64,000 nucleotides of DNA from Eubacteriales bacterium (GCA_045636365.1 JAZTXG010000029.1:22086-86085), one strand, 5' to 3'; positions 19,248 to 30,045 are shown, numbered from the stretch's first letter. Translations and numbers: made by a program. Notes: generated from the letters alone by a model not told the origin.

Positions 19248-20450
19248 ATGAAAAATAAGATCCATTTTAAAACGATAGTAATATATCTTCTTCGCTGGAC
19301 CGCCCTTGGTTTACTGATCGGCGGGATCTGCGGCGGCTTGGGTGCTTTGTTTTCCAAAGCGATCGTCGCGGCGACCGCCTTGCGCGGCGCCCATCCTTGG
19401 TTGCTTTGGTTGTTGCCCATCGGCGGTTTGCTCACCGTTTTGATCTATCGCTTGTGCAAGGTCGGCGATGTGGGAACCGTGCGGGTGATGGAAAGCGCGC
19501 GGCTGGAAAAGAGGGTTTCTTCGCTGCTGGTTCCCGCTATCTTTTGCGGGACAGTGCTGACCCATCTATTCGGCGGTTCGGCAGGGAAGGAAGGCGCGGC
19601 GTTGCAGCTGGGCGGAAGTATCGCCGCTTGGCTGAGCAAGATCTTCAAGCTGGAGGACAATCACCGCCGTTCGCTGATTGTGGCTGGAATGGGCGCTTTT
19701 TTCACCGCTTTGTTCGGCACTCCGTTGGGCGCCATCGTCTTTGTCTTGGAAGTGCTACGAATTGGGAGATATGCGTGGAACGCATCCCACCCCACAATTG
19801 TGGCAAGTTTCACTGCCTATGGGGTCGCCAAGCTTTTTGGTGCCCATTGGGAGCATTTTACCATCACGGTTCCGCCTTTGGATGGTAAGGTGGCGATGAT
19901 CGGTTTGTTGATCATCCTTGCGGCCTCCACCGCCGCAATGGTGTTTTGCTATTCTCTGCATTGGGGGGAGCATCTGTTCCATAGGCTATTTAAGAATGCG
20001 GTGGTGCGGATTCTTTTTGGCGCAGGGCTTATCATCCTGTTGACCCATCTGGTGGGAAGTTATGATTATAACGGCGGAGGGATGGATATTATCGAAAAGA
20101 CCTTCCATGGGCAGGTGCAGTATGAAGCCTTCGCGCTGAAGATGCTCTTCACCGTCATCACTGTAGCGGCAGGCTTTAAGGGCGGGGAGATCGTTCCTTC
20201 GCTCTTTATTGGGGCGACCTTGGGCGGAACCATCGCATCTCTGCTGGGGATGGAGATGGGCTTCGGCGCCGCCTTGGGAATGATCGCCATGCTGGGCGGG
20301 GTGACCAACTGCCCCATCGCCACCGCGCTGATCGGGCTGGAACTGTTCCGCGGGCAAGGCTTTATGTACTTAGCCATCGCAGCAACCCTTGGATTTTTGC
20401 TTACCTATCGCATCAGTTTTTATACCTATCCAACCAAAGAACATAAATAA
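19248..20450 (+). CDS. ClC-family chloride channel/transporter
   Basis: GGSAGKEGAALQ, GFKGGEIVP; multiple TM helices. Confidence 0.9.
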   Translation: MKNKIHFKTIVIYLLRWTALGLLIGGICGGLGALFSKAIVAATALRGAHPWLLWLLPIGGLLTVLIYRLCKVGDVGTVRVMESARLEKRVSSLLVPAIFCGTVLTHLFGGSAGKEGAALQLGGSIAAWLSKIFKLEDNHRRSLIVAGMGAFFTALFGTPLGAIVFVLEVLRIGRYAWNASHPTIVASFTAYGVAKLFGAHWEHFTITVPPLDGKVAMIGLLIILAASTAAMVFCYSLHWGEHLFHRLFKNAVVRILFGAGLIILLTHLVGSYDYNGGGMDIIEKTFHGQVQYEAFALKMLFTVITVAAGFKGGEIVPSLFIGATLGGTIASLLGMEMGFGAALGMIAMLGGVTNCPIATALIGLELFRGQGFMYLAIAATLGFLLTYRISFYTYPTKEHK

Positions 20451-20544
20451 AAGAGCCGCTTGCGGCTCTTTTTTATTGACATCATTTGGGTGTATATGGT
20501 ATTATGTATTAGTTATAATATAAAATAAGATAAAGGAGAATCTT

Positions 20545-22464
20545 ATGAGCGAGAAAAAAGAATTTAAGCCGTATATTCCCGCCTCCAAGATCACCCCTGA
20601 GCTGACAGTCACATCGATCGTCATGGGTATTCTTTTGGCGGTCATTTTCGGCGCCGCGAATGCCTATCTGGGTCTTCGCGTTGGTATGACGGTATCGGCC
20701 TCCATTCCGGCGGCGGTTATCGCCATGGGTGTCATCCGTGTTTTGATGCGGAAAAACTCTATTTTGGAAAGCAACATTGTCCAGACCATCGGCTCCGCCG
20801 GTGAATCTCTGGCCGCCGGTGCCATCTTCACCCTGCCCGCCTTGTTTATCTGGGCAAGAGAAGGTGTGATGGAAAAGCCCGGTTTGGTCGAGATTACCCT
20901 GATCGCCTTGATCGGCGGTCTGCTGGGTGTCTTCTTTATGGTCCCCTTGCGCAATGCGCTGATCGTTCGGGAGCATAATACCCTGCCGTATCCCGAAGGA
21001 AAGGCTTGCGCCGAAGTTCTTCTGGCGGGCGAAGAGGGCGGCTCCAATGCAGGAACTGTTTTTGCCGGTATGGGCTTTGCAGCGCTCTTTAAGTTTATCA
21101 TCGATGGCTTGAAGCTGGTTCCTTCCGAAGTGAATTGGAACGGCACCACCAAGAACTATCCCGGTTCCATCGGTACCCAGATCTATCCCGCTGTGATGAG
21201 CGTTGGCTATATCTGCGGTCCCCGCATCTCTTCCTATATGTTTGCGGGCGGTGTGTTGAGCTGGATGGTTCTGATTCCCATCATTGTCATTTTCGGAGCA
21301 GAGATCGTGATGTATCCCGAAGCCTCCAGAACCATCGGTGAGATTTTCGCAGCCGACGGTGCAGGCGGTATCTGGGGCAGCTATGTCCGCTATGTCGGCG
21401 CAGGTGCGCTGGCAGCGGGCGGTATCATCAGCCTGATCAAATCTCTGCCGCTGATCGTTCGTACCTTTGCCGATGCCATGAAGGGGATGAAGGGCGGCGC
21501 GAAAGCAGCCACCATCCGCACCGAGCAGGATCTCAATATGAAGATCGTTCTGGGTGCTATCCTGATTCTCACTCTGGCAGTATGGTTGGTTCCCGCCATT
21601 CCCGTTTCCTTTATCGGTGCGGTGATCGTTGTTATTTTCGGCTTCTTCTTTGCTACCGTATCTTCCCGTATGGTCGGTCTGGTCGGCAGCAGCAATAACC
21701 CTGTTTCCGGTATGTCCATCGCCACTCTGTTGATCGCTACCCTGATCCTGAAGCTGACCGGCTCGGTCGGTGCTGCAGGTATGCAGGCAGCCATCGCTAT
21801 CGGCTCCATCATCTGCATTATCGCCGCTATTTCCGGCGATACCTCTCAGGATCTGAAGACCGGTTATCTGCTGGGTGCTACCCCCAAAAAGCAGCAATAT
21901 GGCGAAATTATCGGTGTCGTCGCTTCCGCGTTGGCAATCGGTGCAACCCTCTATCTCTTGGATAGCGCTTGGGGCTTCGGCTCTGCGGAATTGGGCGCTC
22001 CTCAGGCAACCTTAATGAAGATGGTTATTGAAGGTATTATGGGCGGTAAGCTGCCTTGGGCGCTGATTTTGATCGGTGTCTTTATCGCGGTCATCGTTGA
22101 GGTGGTCGGCATCCCTGTCCTGCCCTTTGCGATCGGTGTTTATCTGCCGGTTCAGCTCAATGCTTGCATTATGGTGGGCGGTTTGATCCGCTTGTTCTTC
22201 GATAAGATGAAGGAAAGCGATAAGAAGAAGGGCATCATCAACAATGGTATTCTCTTCTGCTCCGGTATGATCGCGGGCGAAGGTCTGGTTGGTATTTTGC
22301 TGGCCATTCTGGCAGTCTTCGGTGTGGGCGAGTTGCTGGATCTCTCCGGCCTGCTCAATCTGCCCGGCTGGGCTTCCACCATCGGCAGCATCCTTGTCTT
22401 TGGTCTGATGATCTGCAGCCTGCTGCTCTTCACCATCTGGAAGAAAGAAAAGAAGAATAAGTAA
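20545..22464 (+). CDS. OPT-family oligopeptide transporter
   Basis: ANAYLGLRVG.TVSASIPAA, LPYPEG, SQDLKTG, APQATLM. Confidence 0.93.
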   Translation: MSEKKEFKPYIPASKITPELTVTSIVMGILLAVIFGAANAYLGLRVGMTVSASIPAAVIAMGVIRVLMRKNSILESNIVQTIGSAGESLAAGAIFTLPALFIWAREGVMEKPGLVEITLIALIGGLLGVFFMVPLRNALIVREHNTLPYPEGKACAEVLLAGEEGGSNAGTVFAGMGFAALFKFIIDGLKLVPSEVNWNGTTKNYPGSIGTQIYPAVMSVGYICGPRISSYMFAGGVLSWMVLIPIIVIFGAEIVMYPEASRTIGEIFAADGAGGIWGSYVRYVGAGALAAGGIISLIKSLPLIVRTFADAMKGMKGGAKAATIRTEQDLNMKIVLGAILILTLAVWLVPAIPVSFIGAVIVVIFGFFFATVSSRMVGLVGSSNNPVSGMSIATLLIATLILKLTGSVGAAGMQAAIAIGSIICIIAAISGDTSQDLKTGYLLGATPKKQQYGEIIGVVASALAIGATLYLLDSAWGFGSAELGAPQATLMKMVIEGIMGGKLPWALILIGVFIAVIVEVVGIPVLPFAIGVYLPVQLNACIMVGGLIRLFFDKMKESDKKKGIINNGILFCSGMIAGEGLVGILLAILAVFGVGELLDLSGLLNLPGWASTIGSILVFGLMICSLLLFTIWKKEKKNK

Positions 22465-22817
22465 TGAAAAAGAAAAAGATCGTGATCCCCGAAAACTATC
22501 TCGACCGGATCCCCGTTCGCGCGGATGCGATCGAATGGAAGGTTAGCAGCGAGGGAATGATTACCCTGCAGATTGAAAATGTCGGCTGGGCCAATCGCAT
22601 CGCGCAGGTTCTTTTCGGGCGTCCCAAATGCAGCTATATCCATCTGGATGAGCTGGGCAGCTTTGTCTGGCCGCTGCTGGACGGGCAAAAGGATATTACC
22701 GCCTTGGGCAAATTGGTCGAAGAAAAATTCGGCGAGGAGGCCCATCCGCTCTATGAGCGCTTGGCGCAGTATTTCCGCATTTTAGATAGTTACCATTTTA
22801 TAAAATGGGTCAAATAA
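22464..22817 (+). CDS. PqqD-family (RRE-like) protein
   Basis: LDELGSFVW.LLDG......LG..V.EKFG winged-helix pattern; translationally coupled to the OPT gene. Confidence 0.8.
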   Translation: MKKKKIVIPENYLDRIPVRADAIEWKVSSEGMITLQIENVGWANRIAQVLFGRPKCSYIHLDELGSFVWPLLDGQKDITALGKLVEEKFGEEAHPLYERLAQYFRILDSYHFIKWVK

Positions 22818-22851
22818 AAAAATGCCTTCGCATTGTGCGAAGGCATTTTTT

Positions 22852-23646
22852 TTAATAGGGAATTCCTGTATTGATGAATCCGACATGGCGAAAATCATCG
22901 GGGTTATGGCGAATAATATAGTCGATATAAGAATCCACCAATTTCGCGATATGCAGATATCCCGCAGGGCTCATATGCCCCAAGAGGAAATAATGCTCTT
23001 TAAATTTCTTATCATGAATAGGTCCGTAGGTAAAAAGGTCGATAAGATAAGTATTATCAAAATACGATGCCAGCTCGCGGATGACACGATTAACGCCCAG
23101 CATCTTGCGCTCCCGCTCTTCGGGAGTGTATGGCTTATCGTTATCGGGGCGGCAGACCAAAAAGAATTTAGCTTCGGGCGCGATCTTTTTATACCGCATA
23201 ATGATGGCGGCATAATAGCCCATAAAGGTGGGCTTATTTTTAGAAGGATCGGAGGGGTGGATATCTTCCAGAGTTCCGTGTTCTTCGATATGATTCATAT
23301 CGTTGACACCCAAGGCGATGACATAAGCCTGGCAGGCAAGGGCAGGGGACCAAAACCCATTTTTCTCCGCAAAGGATTCGATATATTCTTTGGTGCTCAT
23401 TCCGCCTCTGGAAAAATTATAGGCGGTCAGCCCGTTTTTGCGGGCAATATACTGCCCCCAGGAATATTCATACATATCGTAGTAGCCGGGGGATCCGTCG
23501 GGCTTTTCGGTTTGAAATTCTCCCGAAGATAAACTATCGCCGACAAAGGCGATCTTGCGGAAGATCGCGGTGTTGCTGTAGCCTTCCACCAGTCGATCCA
23601 GCGGTTTTTCATCGGCGGCAGGGTAGAGTTCTTTTTCCCAATCCAT
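22852..23646 (-). CDS. SGNH/GDSL hydrolase
   Basis: FVGDSLS, LGVND, GHMSPAG. Confidence 0.85.
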   Translation of the reverse strand: MDWEKELYPAADEKPLDRLVEGYSNTAIFRKIAFVGDSLSSGEFQTEKPDGSPGYYDMYEYSWGQYIARKNGLTAYNFSRGGMSTKEYIESFAEKNGFWSPALACQAYVIALGVNDMNHIEEHGTLEDIHPSDPSKNKPTFMGYYAAIIMRYKKIAPEAKFFLVCRPDNDKPYTPEERERKMLGVNRVIRELASYFDNTYLIDLFTYGPIHDKKFKEHYFLLGHMSPAGYLHIAKLVDSYIDYIIRHNPDDFRHVGFINTGIPY

Positions 23647-23663
23647 AGTGGGCCTCCTTTGAT

Positions 23664-24410
23664 TTATTCTTCGGTTTTCTTAATGAAATCGTAGATCATC
23701 TGACCAAAGACAGAAACGTCGTTTTCATCGAATTTGCCGACATATTCGGTGTGTTTGCCGTGCATAACGATGTGGTCGTAGTTCTCATACTTAAAGTGCT
23801 TGAGGGTGGATAAGACCAGCATGGTTTGCTCATAGCGGTTTTTCATATCGTTATCGGAAACAATGAACCGCATCGGCGGGTATTTTTCTTCCAGACCGAT
23901 ATGATAAAGCGGCGCCGTTTCGTCCACAATGATGCGGCGATGGTCGATGCCCTTATTCTTCAGAACAGTGAAGTGGGCGGTGGGCTGACCGGCATCGTGC
24001 AGATAGCCGGCAATGTTCTTATTGCTCAAACCGACTGTGCCGAGATATTTTTGATCGAAGCAGAGCATCATCGCAATATAACCGCCTGCCGAACTGCCGC
24101 CGACATAGATCTTATCGCAGTTGTGTTCCTTGGTCATATAGTCATAGGTCCAGCGGACCACATTCGCTGCGTCATAGAGAAAGTCGGGGTAGGCATAGTC
24201 GGGATACATACGGTAGTTGGCAGAAACGACCGCAATGTTGCGTTCGGAAAGATAGGGGGCAAATTTATAGGCACCCCGCTTACTTCCGTGGTCCAAGCCG
24301 CCACCGTGGAAAAAGACAAAGACGCCCTCGACCTTATCATCGGGCAGATATACATCCAAAAGATTGGCTTCGCCATATTCGCCGTAAACGATATCTTCTA
24401 ATTTTTTCAT
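23664..24410 (-). CDS. Alpha/beta hydrolase (esterase/lipase)
   Basis: HGGG oxyanion motif and GSSAGG nucleophile elbow. Confidence 0.88.
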   Translation of the reverse strand: MKKLEDIVYGEYGEANLLDVYLPDDKVEGVFVFFHGGGLDHGSKRGAYKFAPYLSERNIAVVSANYRMYPDYAYPDFLYDAANVVRWTYDYMTKEHNCDKIYVGGSSAGGYIAMMLCFDQKYLGTVGLSNKNIAGYLHDAGQPTAHFTVLKNKGIDHRRIIVDETAPLYHIGLEEKYPPMRFIVSDNDMKNRYEQTMLVLSTLKHFKYENYDHIVMHGKHTEYVGKFDENDVSVFGQMIYDFIKKTEE

Positions 24411-24478
24411 TGGTTGACTCCTTACGAATTGTTTTTTGAAATTATATCATAGTAAGTCCTATATTTCAAGGATAAGAC

Positions 24479-25510
24479 TTATTCAAAGGTGGGGACAGAA
24501 TAGTTGGAAGAAGCAAGGCAGACCCAGGTGTTGCCGGCGCTCATAACCAATTCCGAGCCGTCCTCATTGGTAAATTTCAGCGAAGAGGCGGAATCCCCCT
24601 TGCTCCATTTGATCTTTTGGAAGGTGCCGTTGGTGATATAATAGCCCTCGCCGCCTTCCAAGGCGATGTTGCGATGGATTTTATTGGGATAATCGACAAT
24701 CTTGGTCAGGCAGACGACGACATTTTTCACCTTGGTGGATTGCTTGGTGAGATATTCGGTGGGTACGCGGTCCTTGAAATTGCGTTCATATAATCCGGTC
24801 TGCTCATCATAGATAAAGACGGATTTAAAGTTACCGGAAAATGCCACCGTTACTTTATCGGCTTTGCCGCCTGCAAGGGTCACCTTTTCACCTTCCTTGG
24901 CAAAGGTCTGCCAAGGCTTTACGTTTTCCAGCGTGGTTTTAAATTTAGAGCTGACGCCGCTCCAAAGTTTTTCGCCTTTGGCATAAAGGGTATGCTCCAA
25001 AGCAAGGCCGTTGTTCGGTCGATATCCGTAGTTTCCTTCGTGGAGATCGATATAGTCCACACCGCCCAAATGGGGGCCTGCATATATCGAGTCGTACCCG
25101 CGGGAGACATAAACAGCATTATGCCCCATTGCCAGATCAATATAGGCATAGCGGCAGGAGCGGACGGTACCGATATTTTCTACCTTTTGCGCGTCTTGGA
25201 ACACCGCCATCAAGCGGGTTTCACCGCCTTCGATTTCGGTTTCATAGATAATATCCGCTTGGGGCAGACCGGCTTGGACATCCTGCGCCCGTACGTCGTT
25301 GTTGATCATCACCGCAACAGGGCGAATGTTTAAAATTCCATCATATTCATAAAGACCGGTCAGCGGGTTGAGAGCATTTGGGTTCTTCGCAGGCTCTTGC
25401 ACCTCATCCTTGGGCGCTTCCTCCTTGGGTTGCTCCACCGTTTTTTTGGAGCAGGATGCGCTTAGCAGCAAAAGTAAGCACAAACCAAAAGCAGTGATTT
25501 TTTTCAACAT
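24479..25510 (-). CDS. DUF3048 (YerB-like) lipoprotein
   Basis: Lipobox LSASC; NPLTG, RPVAVMINN, ADIIYE..EGGETR, IGTVRS. Confidence 0.85.
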   Translation of the reverse strand: MLKKITAFGLCLLLLLSASCSKKTVEQPKEEAPKDEVQEPAKNPNALNPLTGLYEYDGILNIRPVAVMINNDVRAQDVQAGLPQADIIYETEIEGGETRLMAVFQDAQKVENIGTVRSCRYAYIDLAMGHNAVYVSRGYDSIYAGPHLGGVDYIDLHEGNYGYRPNNGLALEHTLYAKGEKLWSGVSSKFKTTLENVKPWQTFAKEGEKVTLAGGKADKVTVAFSGNFKSVFIYDEQTGLYERNFKDRVPTEYLTKQSTKVKNVVVCLTKIVDYPNKIHRNIALEGGEGYYITNGTFQKIKWSKGDSASSLKFTNEDGSELVMSAGNTWVCLASSNYSVPTFE

Positions 25511-25536
25511 AGCAAAATACCTTCCTTATTCTTTAA

Positions 25537-26283
25537 TTATACATCGACGACCATGCCGTCGTGGGCAAGAAGGGTGGGAAATTCGCAAACATTGAGAAAT
25601 TCATAAGCGGAGGCGATCTTTTTCTTGGAGATGTGGTTGATGATCAGTTGCTTGGGCGGATTATCCTTAAAAATGATTCCATAGTTATCCGCTGTAAAGT
25701 GCCCCAACTCGCAAACCGCAAGATCCAGAGGTTCTTCCAGAATCTCGTAGTGGAATTCCGGCACAGGCTTGCTGCTAAAGTCGCCCGAGAAGAACACCCG
25801 CTTACCTTCGGCTTCCAGAAGGAAAGAATAGGCATCCAAAATGTCGGAATGCTTGGTGGGATAGGCGGTGACCTTCAGCACGCCGTCATCAAAGATGACA
25901 CCGGGCATGACCTGAGTAAATTTCACAGGGCGCTTAGGCGGATTTACCCCTGCGTTGCAAGCCCGCCAGGCGTTCAGCGCATCAATGATCGGCTCCATGG
26001 GGTTCTGGGGCAGAAAGATTTCGGGGGCGGGCTTTTCGGCAAAGCGTTGGTGGAGCAACCGCAGATAAAAGGACGGCAGACCGTCGGTATGGTCGCGGTG
26101 CATATGGGTGATAAAGAGCGCGTTGATATCAGTAATGTTAATGTTTCTGTTTGCTAATTGCTCTATAATAAGGGTGCCCGCATCGATGATGTATTTTTTC
26201 TCCCCGACCTCAATGAGTGTGCAGGAGCATCTCATATTGGGTGCAGGCGAGCCCGAGCTGGTTCCGAAAAAAGTAATTCGCAT
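25537..26283 (-). CDS. MBL-fold metallohydrolase (RNase Z/BN-like)
   Basis: FGTSSG.P, IDAG, THMHRDH, FSGD. Confidence 0.85.
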   Translation of the reverse strand: MRITFFGTSSGSPAPNMRCSCTLIEVGEKKYIIDAGTLIIEQLANRNINITDINALFITHMHRDHTDGLPSFYLRLLHQRFAEKPAPEIFLPQNPMEPIIDALNAWRACNAGVNPPKRPVKFTQVMPGVIFDDGVLKVTAYPTKHSDILDAYSFLLEAEGKRVFFSGDFSSKPVPEFHYEILEEPLDLAVCELGHFTADNYGIIFKDNPPKQLIINHISKKKIASAYEFLNVCEFPTLLAHDGMVVDV

Positions 26284-26444
26284 AATCAATCGTCCTTTCG
26301 AGTTTATATTTTATCTCATTATATCATAAATTTTATGTATTTGCCATATAATTATTGTTTTTTTAGCGAAAAGACCGAGGACGGTTTTTTTGCCGAGCTT
26401 TATTCACCCGACTTTTCTGCCAAGGCAGAAACTCAGTTCATGCG

Positions 26445-26486
26445 CCGAAGGTCGCCGATTCAAGTCCGTTCATTCCGCCGCGACCA
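26445..26486 (+). repeat. Degenerate inverted copy of the tRNA-fMet 3' half
   Basis: ccgaaggtcg-ccga-ttcaagtcc...ccgcgacca versus tRNA ccgaaggtcg-ttgg-ttcaagtcc...ccgcaacca. Confidence 0.7.
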
Positions 26487-26490
26487 AAAG

Positions 26491-26526
26491 AAAAATCCTC
26501 ATTCCCGATTGGGAATGAGGATTTTT
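26491..26526. terminator. Intrinsic terminator downstream of tRNA
   Basis: aaaaatcctcattccc-gatt-gggaatgaggattttt. Confidence 0.85.
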
Positions 26527-26602
<76 letters not shown>

Positions 26603-26606
26603 ATAT

Positions 26607-26797
26607 ATATAGAAAAAGCATTTCTGCTTGATCTATGCTTTTTGAAAAACGGCTCGTCGGTCTACGCCCGACGGCTTCCGTTTGCGGTAAACCCGAAATT
26701 TCAAAAGAAATTTCGACCGCGGCACCCGCTAACCTGCTCGCTTTATCTGCCACAGGCAGCGCTCACAGTCGCGACCAACTGCTCCACTCCGCGATAT
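26607..26797 (-). mobile_element. Putative miniature element at the tRNA 5' end, bounded by a 24-bp direct repeat
   Basis: accaactgctccactccgcgatat at 26583-26606 and 26774-26797; hairpin-rich non-coding interior. Confidence 0.55.
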
Positions 26798-26901
26798 CTG
26801 CACTTTTGAGTGCCTATATAGTATAGCAATGAAATTTGGTTTTGTCAACCCCTTTTTTATAGGATATGAAAAAGAGCAGTTTTTTATACTGCTCTTTTCG
26901 T

Positions 26902-28005
26902 TTATTTTTCAAAATGATCGATAATGGTATAGAGGTTTTCGGTCATCAGAGGGGTAAGGTTCTCATCCTTTTCCGCCAGCAGGGCTTTGGCGCCGTCGGC
27001 GATGAGGGCGTGGTCCAGCGGGCGTGGGTTTTCACCAAAGAGTCGAATGAAATTTTTTCGATAGATCTTATCTAAGATCTCGCCCGAAAAACCAAAGGGT
27101 TTAAGGGGGGCGTTTATGGTGGGTTCGGTAAAGACCTCGGTTTCTTCCAAAAAGCGGCGCACTAAGTTGACGCGTTTGCCGTTTTGCTCTTCAAGGGTTA
27201 CATCCTTGGGGCGCCAGTTATAGGAATCGGTGCCGTAGAGGATACGATCTTGATATTTCACAAAGAACGCACGGGCGGCATCCCAATGTTCGGTGAAGGG
27301 GATAAACATCTCGCCGCCGGGGGTGAGGTCGAAGCAGATGTTGGGATAGGTATCCATCATTTTGGCGGCGCGGTCCAGATCGTCGCCCATATAGTTGAAA
27401 TGGGCAAAGATGATCGGCAGGTTGGGGAATTTTTGCAGAACCTGATCGACCTCCTCCCGCAGGTCTTCGCGGGTGGGATCTTCGGGGCCGCAGTACCAGC
27501 CGTTCTTGAGGGCATAGTCGTTCATTTTGGTGATGTCCCAATTATCGAGGGGATCGCCCAGATGGAGGGTGATGGGGATCTGATGCTCTTCGCAATAACT
27601 ATAGAAAAGATCAAAGACAGGGTCGCAAAGTTTTTTGCCCAATTTGCGATGCAAAAAGACCTTGCCCTCAAACATTTTTACACCGTCGCAGCCCATTTCC
27701 CGATATTTTTTGATTTGATCGAGGTAATATTCTGCGGTATCTCGTTCATCGTAGTGATGATCTAGACCGACGGCAGTATAAATTTTAGGCGTGAGCTTAG
27801 ATTTGAGATAAAAATTACGATAGTTATCGGTGCGATCGTAATTGGGCAGAGAGCAGATCAGAGCACGCTCGTAGTTGAAATGCTCCATAAGCGCGCCGAT
27901 GACATAGTTTGTGGCATTGACCGGCATCTGCATTTTGATGTGAATATGGGCATCGCAGATCGGCTCAGGCGCATATCCGTGCAGCATATGATTTCTTCGA
28001 TCCAT
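26902..28005 (-). CDS. Amidohydrolase_2-family protein
   Basis: DAHIH, IIFAH, ILYGTD. Confidence 0.85.
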   Translation of the reverse strand: MDRRNHMLHGYAPEPICDAHIHIKMQMPVNATNYVIGALMEHFNYERALICSLPNYDRTDNYRNFYLKSKLTPKIYTAVGLDHHYDERDTAEYYLDQIKKYREMGCDGVKMFEGKVFLHRKLGKKLCDPVFDLFYSYCEEHQIPITLHLGDPLDNWDITKMNDYALKNGWYCGPEDPTREDLREEVDQVLQKFPNLPIIFAHFNYMGDDLDRAAKMMDTYPNICFDLTPGGEMFIPFTEHWDAARAFFVKYQDRILYGTDSYNWRPKDVTLEEQNGKRVNLVRRFLEETEVFTEPTINAPLKPFGFSGEILDKIYRKNFIRLFGENPRPLDHALIADGAKALLAEKDENLTPLMTENLYTIIDHFEK

Positions 28006-28027
28006 AAAAGAGTCCCCTTTTTGGTTT

Positions 28028-28459
28028 TTATTTTCTGCCGGTCGAGCCAAATCCACCGCTGCCGCGCTCGGTCTCTTCCAAAGAGGAGCAAGGCTCAAAG
28101 GTAGCCTGCGGGCAGGGGAGGAACACCATTTGGGCGATCCGCTCGCCTTTTAGCACAGTCTGAGGTTCGGCACTTTGGTTATAAAGTGCGACCATTACTT
28201 CGCCGCGATAATCGGCGTCCACCACACCAACCTTATTGGCAGGGGCTAAGCCGCGCTTGGTGGCAAGCCCGCTGCGGGCAAAGATAAATCCGCCAAAGCC
28301 TTGGGGGATTGCCATTGCCAACCCTGTATGCACCAGCTTGGTCTCGGCGGGGGCGATGGTGATTTCTTCCACACTGCAAAGATCGGCACCCGCCGCATCG
28401 GCAGAACCGTATTGGGGCAGGATGGCATCGTCGTGGAGTTTCTGAATCAAAATATTCAT
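28028..28459 (-). CDS. dut: dUTP diphosphatase
   Basis: AGADL, RSGL, GVVDADYRGE, RIAQ, RGSGGFGSTG. Confidence 0.95.
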   Translation of the reverse strand: MNILIQKLHDDAILPQYGSADAAGADLCSVEEITIAPAETKLVHTGLAMAIPQGFGGFIFARSGLATKRGLAPANKVGVVDADYRGEVMVALYNQSAEPQTVLKGERIAQMVFLPCPQATFEPCSSLEETERGSGGFGSTGRK

Positions 28460-28494
28460 AGCAGTTCCTTTCGCAGCCCTTTGGGGCTGCTTTT

Positions 28495-30027
28495 TTATTT
28501 TAAAAGATATTTTTCGCAATAAGAGATGATTCCCTTAGCAATGGCATCGGCCATGGCATTTTTATTATTGACGATCCATTGCGCCTTTTCGGCGATATCG
28601 TGGAATTCCACCTCGATATAGGCCATTTCTGCTTTGGGCACCCGAATTTCATGGAAGGGTTTGCTGGTCTTGGAATCATCTTTCAGGTATTTGGGGTCAT
28701 TGGAATTGGTCAGCGCACTCAGATGATTGAAAATGGCGGTAGAAAGCTCTTTGGAGCCTTGGATGGTGCTGTTATAGAAGATGCGGGTCCCTGTCCCGCC
28801 GCCGGCATTGGAATGGAGCGGGATATGAATATCCGCGCCCACCTCGTTGCTCAACGCGGCGCGCTGCTGATAGGTGGTATTGGAATCGGGGAGATAAACG
28901 CGGTAGCCCGCCGCCTCTAATTTTGCTTTAAGGATTTTGGCAAGCTCGTTCATCTGGATCCCTTCGGTGGTATTGACACCGGTATAGCGGTTATCAAACT
29001 GGCTGGAGGGGGAAAGGAAGATCAGCGGCATTACAGAAGGATTGGGGGTCGGTTTTACAGGCTCTTCGGGTTGGGGTATTTCGGGCGCGGTCCATTCATA
29101 TTCGTCAAAGAACAACCGTTTATAGATGGTGGCTGTCTCGGCACGCGTGATGGTATTTTTAGGATGGATATTACGGTTTTGATCTCCTTGGATGAGATCC
29201 CCCAATGCCAGAGCCATTGCGGGGGCGGCATAGTCGGAAACTTCATGGAAGTCCACGGGATTTACGCCGCTTTCGAGGATCGATTGGTCAATATTGACGG
29301 CAGCAAGCTGCTCCTCGGTATAGCGAATACGCATCAGCATCAAAACCGCATCCTGACGCGAAATTTTTTCATTCGGCAGGCAGGTTCCGTCTTCATATCC
29401 TCGCAGAATTCCTGCCTTGCGGCAGGCCTCTACTTCTTTATAGAACCAATCGGTGGGTTGCACATCTGTAAAGGGCTTTACCTTTTCATCGAAATCCTGC
29501 GTCATTACCTGCGGGGCGCTGCCCCAGGCGCGATAAATCAGCGCTGCAAATTCTGCGCGGGTGATGGGTGCGTCGGGACGCAGCGTGCCTGCGGCATCGC
29601 CTTGGAATAAACCTGCTTTCATGGTGATTCCGAAGGCTTCGAAAAACCATTGCGTTTTTTTGATATCCTTCATCGTTGTGATGGGTTCCTCTTCGCTCAT
29701 AACGATGATGGTGAAATATCCCTTGGGTGCTTCCTGCGCAAAGGAAACGGTGACAGTCTTAATGCCGGGGGTGGAGGTATCAAAACCGGTGCAATAACGG
29801 CCGGCGTCCACTGCGGGGTTCGATAGCTCAACCTTATATTCGGTCTGAGCCGTTGTATATCGGATGATTCCATCGGTGAAATCGGGCGCCTCGCCCACAG
29901 TATAGAACACCTTGGAAGGCGGGGTAAAAGAAAAGGTGGGTACGATGGGTGCTTCTTCGGCGTTTGCCGCCATCGGAAGGCTGCAAAGAAGCAGCAGAAC
30001 AAGGAATAGGGATAAAAACTTTTTCAT
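28495..30027 (-). CDS. Secreted SLH-domain N-acetylmuramoyl-L-alanine amidase (Ig-like + 3xSLH + Amidase_3)
   Basis: Signal peptide; ITRAEF / ISRQD / ITRAET SLH motifs; IPLHSNA and YIEVEFHD. Confidence 0.85.
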   Translation of the reverse strand: MKKFLSLFLVLLLLCSLPMAANAEEAPIVPTFSFTPPSKVFYTVGEAPDFTDGIIRYTTAQTEYKVELSNPAVDAGRYCTGFDTSTPGIKTVTVSFAQEAPKGYFTIIVMSEEEPITTMKDIKKTQWFFEAFGITMKAGLFQGDAAGTLRPDAPITRAEFAALIYRAWGSAPQVMTQDFDEKVKPFTDVQPTDWFYKEVEACRKAGILRGYEDGTCLPNEKISRQDAVLMLMRIRYTEEQLAAVNIDQSILESGVNPVDFHEVSDYAAPAMALALGDLIQGDQNRNIHPKNTITRAETATIYKRLFFDEYEWTAPEIPQPEEPVKPTPNPSVMPLIFLSPSSQFDNRYTGVNTTEGIQMNELAKILKAKLEAAGYRVYLPDSNTTYQQRAALSNEVGADIHIPLHSNAGGGTGTRIFYNSTIQGSKELSTAIFNHLSALTNSNDPKYLKDDSKTSKPFHEIRVPKAEMAYIEVEFHDIAEKAQWIVNNKNAMADAIAKGIISYCEKYLLK

Positions 30028-30045
30028 TGAAAACCTTTCATTAAA

